Source of the DNA: Octopus vulgaris
Lineage: Eukaryota
Assembly (NCBI GenBank): GCA_951406725.2
Contig: OX597834.1
Span: 16,492,001 to 16,556,000, forward strand
Direction of reading: 5' to 3'
Length of the DNA: 64,000 nucleotides
Made by a program: the position numbers and the translations under genes. Within the stretch, counting starts at the first letter, position 1. The number at the start of each line of letters is the position of its first letter. Under the pieces are notes generated by a model. It did no database searches. It was not told where the DNA came from and worked only from the letters and a program-made list of their open reading frames with translations. Positions 53,760-64,000 of this stretch are shown piece after piece.

Positions 53760-54493
53760 ACTAAGGGGTAAATTTATTCAATAAAATCGCCATTGGCTTC
53801 AACCACAGCCTTCAGACGACTTTGGAATCTCTGGCAACTCTTCTGGACAGTCTCCTTGTTTAAGGTGGTGAATGCTGTCATAATCTTTGCCTTCAATTCA
53901 TCTTTGGTGTTACAAGGAGTTTTGATGGTTTCTCACTCAAGGGGGTTACAGTCTGGAGGTTTAGGTGGCCAGATATTAGGGATGTTGTGATCACAGAAAT
54001 TGTCTGACAACCATGACTGGGTTCTCCTGCCTTGTGTAGCATGTCCTGATGCCAGACACAGGGTCTTCCAGCAGGCACCCTCTTTACCTAGGGCAGCACT
54101 ACCTTCTCCAGGCACTTGATGTAGACCTCTGTATTGAGTCTGAGGCTGTGTGGGAAGATGAAAGGAGACATAATGTTGCCATCACTTGTGCTCACTACAA
54201 ACACCATGATGCTGACTGCATGTTTTATTTTTATCACTCTTGGTACATGTCCTCAGATTGACAGCCAAACACTCTGAAATGTTCATATTGGAGTTTCCGG
54301 CACGAATGCCAAGCAGTACAGCATGTCATTTCCAAATTTCTGGGCAGAGTGAATTGCATCATGGGGCTGTTTTTCTTACAGAAGGTGTCCAACTGACCCT
54401 ACTATACTGTGTAGTCAACAAAATAAAAAAAAAACAATGTGCATGCACGAAATTAAAAATATAAAATGGTGGCAATTTACCCATCCCTCCCTG
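53760..54493 (-). mobile_element. Decayed IS630/Tc1/mariner transposase fragment
   Basis: WHQD..., TQSWL, WPPKPPDCNPLE (WP..SPD.NP motif); frameshifted; boundaries approximate. Confidence 0.75.
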
Positions 54494-54575
54494 TGTATAT
54501 ATATATATATAAAGTTAATTTGAAACATGATTTTTTTTTAATGCCTTTAATAAACTTTTCATTTTACGTCTACAG

Positions 54576-54750
54576 GAATTTACAAGGACAAATGAAATTA
54601 TTTTAGCTGCAAAACTACTGGAAAATCAAATTGAGAAGATCACCAATTCCTATGATATGGCCATAATAGCATATGCTCTTAGCCTTACAAACAGCCATAA
54701 GAAATATCGTGCACGAATCAAGTTGAGCAAAATGGCAGTAGCTAACCTAG
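54576..54750 (+). CDS. C3: C3-like exon 27 (TED): ...LLENQIEKITNSYDMAIIAYALSLTNS...
   Basis: ctacag/gtaaac; Y..AI.AYAL.L motif. Confidence 0.93.
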
Positions 54751-55982
54751 GTAAACAGAGTCTCTTCATTGTTGTGCATGAATTAAAACAGTAAAGTCTT
54801 ATTCAGAACTACAATCTAGCTCATATGTTCCACTTTTTGCAAGGTTCCTATGGCTGGAGAGCCTTCCCAACACCAACACATTAAGCAGGACATATCAATT
54901 GGATTGCAATCCAGCTTGTGGAGAGTCAAGTTCTTGAGGTGAGACAAGCCCATGAGGTTCTTGTCCAGATGTTCAAAGCAGGCCTCCAAGTGGATAAAAA
55001 CTAAGAAGAAATCGTGAAAAGAAGTATGATCAGTTTCACTCAGAAATGTCCTCAGAGGAAGTTGTCCCTGAAGGTTGGATGGAATTCAGTAGCATAGCTG
55101 GGGTGCAGGGACAAGGAAGTAGGGTTCACCACCAGGTAATGCTTTTAAGGGAGCAGCACTTTGGGGTCTGCTGTATAAACTTGTATAGGCTTGGATGTCC
55201 AGCAGAAATGGAGGTGAAAAAACTCAAGGGCTGACCTGGACAGTACACACTGTAGCTACACCACTAGTGGAATCAGTTAATATCCACAGCCCTTCAGTAA
55301 TGGACTTCTACCTGACCATCATGGTTTGACTGACCCAAGAGACTTCTGAACAGATATATAAGAGAGTATACTCTTTTGCTTCTTTTGAGAAGACAAGATC
55401 TGCTGTCCAGGGCACTATCTACCGAAAATGTTCACACTTCAAGGGAGTCTTGAGATGCCATGGCTGATGATGTACAGGTATGGGCTGAGGCTGACACACC
55501 TGTAAAGATTCGTGGACAGTGACAGTGGTGCACAAGTGTGCATTGTTCATATGACATATATTTCTGCAGCTTGTCTCTTTGAATGAGCTTCAGTCCTGAT
55601 CATGCATAGACCACGGTTGTGTGTTTAGTACCTGGAATGTTGCCAGGCATTCACATCACTATACCAGCTGGACAATATGATTGGTGGAACGTCAGCTTTC
55701 ACATTCTACAAAGAGTTACTTGGATAATGTGAGCTACAATGTCCTGGGAGCAATTCTAGGTACCAAAAGAGACAGTCTAAATCATCTCATTCACAAGTGT
55801 TTCCCACAGGTGTTGATCCCACCCACCACTATCTCTGCTTGTTGTTTTTAGCACATTTCACCTTTGTACTGTCTCCCATGTCTTGGGTTCTTGTGCAAAT
55901 ATTGTTGTTGCTGTTATTAATTTGAAATCTCTAACCATTCAGACAGCAAGTCATTATAATTACCGACAACTTCTTATTTTAG

Positions 55983-56200
55983 GTAACGACTATCGTTATT
56001 GGACTGTGACTGAGATTGATAATGGTTTTGGCAGAACACCGGATGCTTTATACCATAGTGAAGAATCTTATTTGTCCATTGAAGCCACAGCTTATGCTCT
56101 TCTCACAGAACTGCATTTTGGTAGAATAGAGGAAAGTACACCTATTGTGAAATGGCTGACTGAACAAAGAAGTGAAGCGGGAATGTTCAAATCCACACAG
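55983..56200 (+). CDS. C3: C3-like exon 28 (TED): ...RYW...SIEATAYALL...PIVKWLTEQRSEAGMFKSTQ
   Basis: ttttag/gtaggt; IEATAYALL and WL.EQR...G.F.STQ. Confidence 0.96.
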
Positions 56201-56845
56201 GTAGGTTACAAACAGTCAAGCATATATCATCATCATCATCGTTTAACGTCCGTTTTCCGTGCTAGCACAGGTTGGACGGTTCGACCGGGGTCTGGGAAGC
56301 CAGGAGGCTGCACCAGACTCCAGTCTGATCTGGCAGTGTTTCTACAGCTGGATGCCCTTCCTAACGCCAACCACTCCGTGAGTGTAGTGGATGCTTTTTA
56401 TGTGCCACCGGCACAGGTGCCAGGGGAGTCTGCCAGCGGCCACGATCAGTTGGTACTTTTAACGTGCCACCGGCACAGAAGCCAGTCAAGGGGCGCTGGC
56501 ATTGGCCACGATTCGGATGGTGCTTTTTATGTGCCACCGGCACAGGTATCACAACTACTATTTCCATTGATATTTATTTCAATGTTCATGTACTTGACTC
56601 AATAGGTCTCCTCAAGCACAGCGGGTTGTTCTGAAATCCAAGGTACTTTCGAGGTACCATCTGAAATCCATATGTATATATGTATGTATATCTTTATATA
56701 AGAAAATAACTTTTACTTTTACTTGTTAATCCTTCCATTTTTACAGAACCAAATAATTCTTTAATTTAACAGGATGAAAATGATGGTGAATACATGAAAC
56801 ACATCCTTGTGAACAAATTATATTGTGATTATAATTCCATTTTAG

Positions 56846-57004
56846 GACACTGTGATGGCATTACAAGCCTTGGCCAAGTATGGCAGCATGACCAAAGTTC
56901 CTGACATCAACATGCTGTTCAACCTAACATCATCAAAAGCACATCTTCGTAAACATTTGACTGTCAACAAAGAATCTTCTCTGTGGAGTCAGGTTGTCTC
57001 AGAT
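56846..57004 (+). CDS. C3: C3-like exon 29 (TED/CUBf): DTVMALQALAKYG...SQVVSD
   Basis: ttttag/gtaagt; STQDTV.ALQALA.Y. Confidence 0.95.
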
Positions 57005-57758
57005 GTAAGTCAGATTGGTTACTTTAATCTCTCCCTTCTCTCTCAAATATGTATGTGCATTATAAATATATATAAAGTTAATCCAAACATGAAAGCATAA
57101 AAAAAACACAACAACGCGAGGACATGGAACAAATATAGTATTATTGGACGCTCAGGAAAGAAGGAAAGAAGGAGAGTTTAACGTTTCGAGTGGAGCTCTT
57201 CGTTGGAAACATAGAAGGAAAGATCCAGAGAAGGGAAGACAGAGGAAAAAAAATCGCCAACAGTACACATGCGGTCACATTTTGAATATACATATATATT
57301 CATTCATATGTGTGCACACACACACACATTTATATATACACATAGTTTATTCTTAAACAAGAATGTTGTTGACAGTGACTTCGAAGTAAACCTTCAGTTT
57401 AGCAATGGATTTAGGGTATAACAGACAAAATACTTAGTAGCATTCCAACTGTCTTTCCCTTCTGAATTCAAATGTCACCCTAACCCTAACCCTAATCCTT
57501 TTGGGGTTGATATGAAATAAGTACCAGTTAAGCACTAGGGTTGAAGATAGTGCTCCAGCATGACTGCAGTCTGATGAGTGAAACAAATAAAAGATAGAAT
57601 TCCTAAATTAAAAATGGATTCATTTAGAGTTTTGGATGGTTCTAAAATTCCAAAGGGAATGAATGCCTCATATTCAAAAACAACAACAACAACACACACG
57701 CACACACAAAACACATGTGGTGGACATCTATCCATTCTTTGTCTTGTCTTTTTTCTAG

Positions 57759-57928
57759 GTTCCCATCAATGACGAGGTGCTGATAGAATCCATGGGGACA
57801 GGTTCTGCCCAGATGGAGTTCAACATGAACTATTACCGACCTCCTTCGATCTTACACACATGTCATTTCAATATCAGCTACGTCATCAAAAACATCAACA
57901 AATCCACCAGGAAATTGATCAAAGAAGG
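57759..57928 (+). CDS. C3: C3-like exon 30 (CUBf/start of MG8): VPINDEVLIESMGTGSAQMEFNMNYYRP...CHFNISY...KLIKE
   Basis: ttctag acceptor; G.G.....Y and C.F.I motifs; GG|gtgaat donor (read-through gives TGA at 57930). Confidence 0.9.
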
Positions 57929-59263
57929 GTGAATATACCTTAGTGTAGTTTTTTGCTCCTATGTCACCTTTGACCAAACAGACCCATGGTCAAAGGTTTT
58001 CTCTGCTGTCCCACAGTACATTATCTCATATGTCCTTTTTACTGGCCCCACAAGTCATGGATAATTTTCAGAAACCTCTGATCTGGCAGTGCCATACATA
58101 TACATATATACAATGGGCTTCTTTAGTTTCCATCTACCAAATCCACTCACAAGGCTTTGGTTGGCCCGAGGCTATAGTAGAAGACACTTGCCCAGGATGT
58201 CCTACAGTGAAACCTTTCTTCAAGCACTTGTCCAATGCTGGAGCATTGCTGACTTATGCCCAACAGTTTTGTCCAACAGTTGCTATCATGTGTAGGATAT
58301 ATCTGGCTATCAGTCAAGTCCATTGGGGAGGTTAATCTGACACCTTCATTTGGCTGGGAAGGGCAGGCAGCTTTTATTTGTCAGGTGGCTTTGGCAAAAG
58401 ATGTTGTGTGGTAGATGAAATTGAAATGGTTAAAAGCAGACATGTTCCACTTTGGTTGAGCCCTCACCAGCTTATTTTTACTAAGGAAAAAAAAACTCGG
58501 ATTTTTTGCATTGAATCATCTACCTTAACCTCCTAATATGCTGCAAACCTCTTATCTTTGTTCGGAAAAAAGGGATGGGTGGGAAACCGCTCCTCCCCAT
58601 CCTAGAATCATTGGAATTCTTTTTTTCTTTTTTTTTTGAATGAATTCTGGTGACCTCCTAATATGCTACAAAACCCTTTTTCGGTTCAGAAAACGGGGTG
58701 GGGTGGAGTGGAAGCCTAGGAAATTTCAGTTCCCCCGCCTCATCCAATTTTCAAATATTTTTTGCTTCCACCCCACCTCACTCCGTTTACCGAACCCCAA
58801 AAATGGGTTTTGTGGCATGTTAGGTCACCACGAAAAAAAAAAATTTCCAATGATTCCGGGATGTGTGTGGGAGGGTCCGATTTCCCACCCCAACCCACTT
58901 TTTTTCGAACAAAATTTAAGGGGTTTGCAGCATATTAGGAGGTTAAGGTACTTGATTTGACGCAAAAAATCCGAGGGTTTTCTTTTTTCTTAGTGAAAAT
59001 CGTGCGGGTGAAATTATCAAAATTTACCGATTTTTGTGCTAATCTCCTCCCTTCAAAACTGTTGGCTTTGTACATAAATTAGGAACAATTATTATTATTG
59101 TTGTTGTTGTTTTGGTTGCTTTTTCAGAAAATCGTGCGTGTAATGAACAGCAGAGAAAACAAATTTATGTATTAAGTAATGACATGATTATCTCCCTTGC
59201 ACACCTTTTGCTTGGTTAACTCCCTTGAATTTCCAATATATCGGACGGATGAATACTTCAGAC

Positions 59264-60300
59264 CAGTGGTTCCCAAACTAGTTTTCTCTGGGCCGTATTT
59301 TCGGAATGAAAATTTGCTCGCGCCTCACCAAAGGTCCAGAGAGGGAGTTAAAGGGTGATAACCGTCGATTCGATGTCAGAACATAATTATTATCTCTTCT
59401 CCAATTTGAGGACCTTAGTTACTAATTTATTAAAACTAGATATAATAATAATAATGAAATTATTGTATACAGTGCTCAGGTGCACCACAACTTGTCAGAA
59501 AGTGCATATAAAGTATATGCAGTAATGTAAAAATGTCTGGAAAGCGAACAATGTATGAGTCAGATACATGCTTGCGTGTGTATGGAGGGGAGAAAATCAG
59601 GTGTAGTGTCGGCGAATCTGAGGAAGCATGGAAGTTTTGAAGGATGCAGTGCTCCGACAACTAACAACTGATGCCGGCAGTTTGTTCCATGCTTCAGCAA
59701 CTCTCAGCGTGAAAAAACGTTTCCTAAAGTCATGGGAGCTGTGCTGTTTTCTGACTTTGTAAATATGTCCACGGGTGTTAGACAGGTGGAGTTTGAAAAG
59801 GTGCTCAGAGTTATTGTTTGTAAGATGGTTAATAATTTTATGGGTGTCTGCCAAGTCATCTGCCAGACGTCGGAGTTCCAATGTGTCCATGCCCAGGGAA
59901 GTAAGGCGTTCAGAATATGGCAAATGCCTGATGGAGGGTATTCTCTTGGTTGCACGTCGCTGAACGGCTTCCAGACGATTGATATCCTGGGCAAGATAGG
60001 GGTTCCAGACCGGTGATGCTAATGCCAGGTGAGGTCGTACCATAGCTATATAAAGCCGCAGATAAATATCCCAATGATGTAATCGGCCAATGATTATTTA
60101 TAAACTTTTTATACTGGGACTCATGCTTGCAATTACAAGTAATTCATAACAATATTTTTAATTCTGAAATCATATTTATTTTTGGCAAATGAATTTTTGA
60201 AACTGTTTCTAAATATTTGATTGTCTTTCAATCATTCCACCTCACCTGCTATCCTCTGCCGCTGCACCCACGAGGCGCACTGCACCGTTTGGGAACCACT
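59264..60300. mobile_element. hAT-type MITE interrupted by a CR1 insertion
   Basis: TIR cagtggttcccaaac/gtttgggaaccact flanking the CR1 fragment. Confidence 0.7.
59460..60070 (-). mobile_element. 5'-truncated CR1-clade LINE 3' end, nested in a hAT MITE
   Basis: VRPHL..ASPVWNPY...LEAVQRRATK...YSERL...TRGH..K...FFTLRVAEAWNKLP. Confidence 0.9.
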
Positions 60301-63300
60301 TAGATATATACAGTTAGTGACATTACAGCATGAATATCCCCCATATTTCTCGTTTTCTCTCCGAGAAGTCTACAAATTTGATTGACGAATATATTTGATT
60401 AAATAAACAAGAATGTAAGAGTAATTTCATGGTTGTGTGTCATAGATTTTTTAAGTACTAGCCATATGTTCGGTTCTTTTCAATTATTCCTCAACAATCG
60501 GTTAAATTTCTCGTCAGAACTACACGTGTGTGTCCGCCCCCTCCCCCATACATAAATGGATTTTGTTCCTTTACAACTTTCAGAAAAATGAATATTTTTT
60601 TAAAAAATGAAATTTTCTACAAATACCTTTCAAATTGTATAGATTACGATTACCCGAATTATCAAAAAAATTTCTCGCGCGCACCCCACCGAAAAACTTT
60701 TTCACAATAAAATTTCAATATGATTGTAATCTGCATCAACTGAACGGAATTATCTTTTATCTTTTACGTGTTTCAGTCATTTGACTGCGGCCGTGCTGGA
60801 GCACCGCCTTGACGGGTACTTAGTCAAATAAATCGGGCGAAGGTAAAGAATACGCACACCCGGTGTTTAGAGTTAGGGTTGGGTTTAGGGTTATGCTGAA
60901 AACGGGTGGTGTGTGTATTCTTTACCTCCACAACAAATCGATCCTATGAATTATTTATTTTTAAAGACGTACTTATTCTATCGGTCTCTTTTGCCGAACC
61001 GATAAATTACGGAGACATAAACACACCCACATCGGTTGTCAAACGGGGGCGGGGACAAAGACACACACACACATAAATATATACATATATGTATATACGG
61101 GATTCTTTCAGTTTCCATCAACCAAATCCGCTCACAATGCTTTGGTTGGGCCGTGGCTGTAGTAGAAGATACTTGCCCAAGATGCCCCGCAGTGGGACAG
61201 AACATGGAATGATGTGATTAGGAAGCAAGCTTCTTACCACACGGCCACATCTGCGACTACACTTGTAGAAAATTTCATTAAAAAAATAGCCATTTTTCTG
61301 AAAGTTATAAGTAAATAAGTCAGGTGTGGGGTACACTTGTGAAGGTATGCCAATTTCTCTTTATAAAAGGAAACTGAAGTGAATACAACGATATTTATGT
61401 GTGGGGTTTTTAATTACTACTTTTAAAAAAATAGAGAAACAATAAATAATAAATGTGACATAGAGAGATAAAAGGCAAAATGTCGTACACCTCAATTTTC
61501 GGTTAAGAAGGGTTTAAATAAAACTGTAGTTGGTAGCGAGATACAAAACATGTACATGTTAGCTTCTATCATAAAGTGACACTTTTTTTTCCCAAGGATT
61601 AAAAAGTAAGTGTTGCAAGAAACATAACGAAAAAAAGTTACCTACCAGAAGCAAAACTAAGTTTTCTTGTTCCAGAAACGGCAGCGTGTCTAGCTAAAAT
61701 CTTTGTAACATTTAGTTGCATTTCTATATGCATTGAGTTCGAATTCTGATGGGTTCGACTTATTTTTTTTTTATCTGATTTTTTTTCCCCACCTACAAAA
61801 TTTAAAGAGTAGACGAGTATGTTTGTCAACCCTTCGAAATAACAACTGTCTCTAGTTCCATAGCTTGGCCTTGCAAAACGGAAATTCATGAATCGGGCTA
61901 TCGATGTCTGCAGCAGGCTCGCTGGTGCTTGACATGGCTTTTCGTGGCCCAGCAGACCTGGCAGTAGCAACTGTCGGAAAGATTTTGTCCAAGATTCAGT
62001 GCTGCTGTCTTACAATTCTTCCTCAATCATATTTTGCCCTGAAAGTATCAGCCCCGCATGTATTACTGAAAGGGAAAACAAACCAACAAATGGTACGTCG
62101 CCATCGCCTATGACTGATAGCTAGAGTTGACATCATAGGTGATGGTTCCATGTGGCAGGTACCAAGGAATTTCTGCAGAGTGCCCGTTATTATCCCTCGA
62201 GTCCAAGGGAGATAAATACGCCAATTAAAATATACGAGAATTACCTTCCTTAAATAAATTTCGTCAGCAAAGGAACCTGTCGGAGAATGGGAAACCCCGC
62301 GGCCTCGTCGGACGAAGTTTGTCCAACATGAGATTTCGGATGACGAAATCTCTTAGGAAAATCATATGAAAGGGGGGGGGGGAGTCTAATCTTTAGGATG
62401 AAAACTCTAATTTAAGATAGGTTACAAATGTCTTCTATTGTAGCCTCGGGCCGACCAAAGCCTTGTGACGGGAATTTGGTAGACGGAAACTGGAAGAAGC
62501 CCACCGTGTGTGTGTGTCTGTCTGTCTTTCTGAGTTTGTTCCCCACCACCGTTTGACAACCGACGTTGGTGCATTCACGTCCCTGTAACTTAAGATTCTA
62601 TTGTAGCCTCGGGCCGACCAAAGCCTTGTGACAAGATTTGGTTGACGGAAACTGGAAGAAACCCATCGTGTGTGTGTGTGTGTGTCTTTCTGTGTTTGTT
62701 CCCCACCACCGTTTGACAACCGGCGTTGGTGCATTCACGTCCCTGTAACTTAAGATTCAGTTGAGGAGACCGATAGAATAAGTGCCAGACTTAAAAAGAA
62801 TAAATACTGGGGATCGATTAGTTCGACTAAAATTGCTCAAGGCGGTGCCCCAGTATGGCCGTAGTCAAATGACTGAGAAAAGGAAAAGATAGAAAAGGAA
62901 AAAAAGATCTCTGAATTTGTAAAATTAAAAATTCATTGTTTTTTTTCGGTTTTTCTTTTTTCAACACGGCTTTCTTGTATACTTGATGGCATATAAGACA
63001 CACTTTTTCACCAAAAACGTCTCCAAACTGTCACCCTGGGTCCTGTATGCAAAATAAGGCTTTCCATCACCAACGTAGCTAGAGTGTGTGTCGCCTGGAG
63101 CAGCCCTTCCATTTGCCGCCCCCAACCCCACAAAAAACACATATTTATTTCTTTACTGCCCACAAGGGGCCAAACATAGAGGGGACAAACAAGGACAGAC
63201 AAACGGATTAAGTCGATTACGTCGACCCCAGTGCGTAACTGGTACTTTATTTATCGACCCCGAAAGGATGAAAGGCAAAGTCGACCTCGGCGGAATTTGA

Positions 63301-63457
63301 ACTCAGAACGTAACGACACATATTGCCTACAAGACACATATTGCCTACAAGACACATATTGCCTACAGCAGACCCAAAAGTCCTGCCCCTTTAAAACAGC
63401 TGCCCGGGGCGGACAGCCCCTACCCCCACCTGTACCAGTGCTTCCCATAAGGTTTAA

Positions 63458-63676
63458 CCCTTCCGCATTCACATTATTCTGTCAGAAATAAAGCTTATTT
63501 ATTCTCATTGTTTTGTATTAATCATGCATTACGTTGTAGCTTTGAGATTTTGAAGAGGCAACTTAATTTTTAGAATGACATTGTAAGGTTGGTGTGAGAG
63601 ACCAGATCTGGCCAGTTTGATAATAAAACAGCTAGAAAAATTCTGGCCAGGTGTGGCTGGTTTAAATGTTATAGGG
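63458..63676. mobile_element. piggyBac-type MITE (family copy at 31987-32255)
   Basis: TTAA|ccct...aggg|TTAA; homologous body in both copies. Confidence 0.7.
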
Positions 63677-63757
63677 TTAAGGCACTAAAAACTTTTGTCT
63701 TCCTGAATATGTGCTGTTGGAATTGGGGTACAGTTAAGCCCATATATCTTTTATGGT

Positions 63758-64000
63758 GGAGGCACAATGGCCCAGTGGTTAGGGCAGCGGACTCGCGGTT
63801 TCGATTCCCAGACCGGGCGTTGTGAGTGTTTATTGAGCGAAAACACCTAAAGCTACACGAGGCTCCGGCTGGGAAGGTGGTGATCCCTGCTGTACTCTTT
63901 CACCACAACTTTCTCTCACTCTTACTTCCTGTTTTTGTTGTACCTGTATTTCAAAGGGCCGGCCTTGTCACTCTCTGTGTCACGCTGAATATCCCCGAGA
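63758..64000 (+). mobile_element. tRNA-derived SINE, fourth family (copy at about 25920-26220(-))
   Basis: ggcacaatggcccagtggttagggcagcggactcg head shared by both copies. Confidence 0.75.

Noticed and set aside
57477-57495. (CCCTAA)3 as a telomere signal
   Set aside because: Only three units within a SINE remnant; no evidence of a chromosome end.
59128-59175. Internal C3 exon reading ENRACNEQQRKQIYVL
   Set aside because: Requires phase 1 but exon 30 ends in phase 2; no TEP similarity. Kept only as a possible terminal exon.

Overview
Eukaryotic, AT-rich genomic DNA dense in microsatellites and SINEs. The repeat landscape resembles coleoid cephalopod (octopus) DNA; this is an inference, not verified. 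The window holds one large + strand multi-exon gene encoding a complement C3-type thioester-containing protein. I traced 30 GT-AG exons by hand from the ATG at 7361 to 57928. All splice phases are consistent and give 4142 coding nt (about 1380 codons): signal peptide, MG domains, a beta/alpha furin site RTKR, a 6-Cys anaphylatoxin domain, an intact GCGEQ thioester and the catalytic His/Glu (PVIHTEMMGG). I found no exons for the rest of MG8, the anchor or C345C in the last 6 kb, so the gene either continues beyond the window or is C-terminally truncated. Introns and flanks contain tRNA-derived SINEs, RTE/CR1/RLE LINE fragments, a decayed Penelope element with hammerhead-like motifs, Helitrons, several MITE families, an antisense U6 pseudogene and several long hairpins. 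Most ORFs in the supplied track are microsatellite or SINE artefacts.
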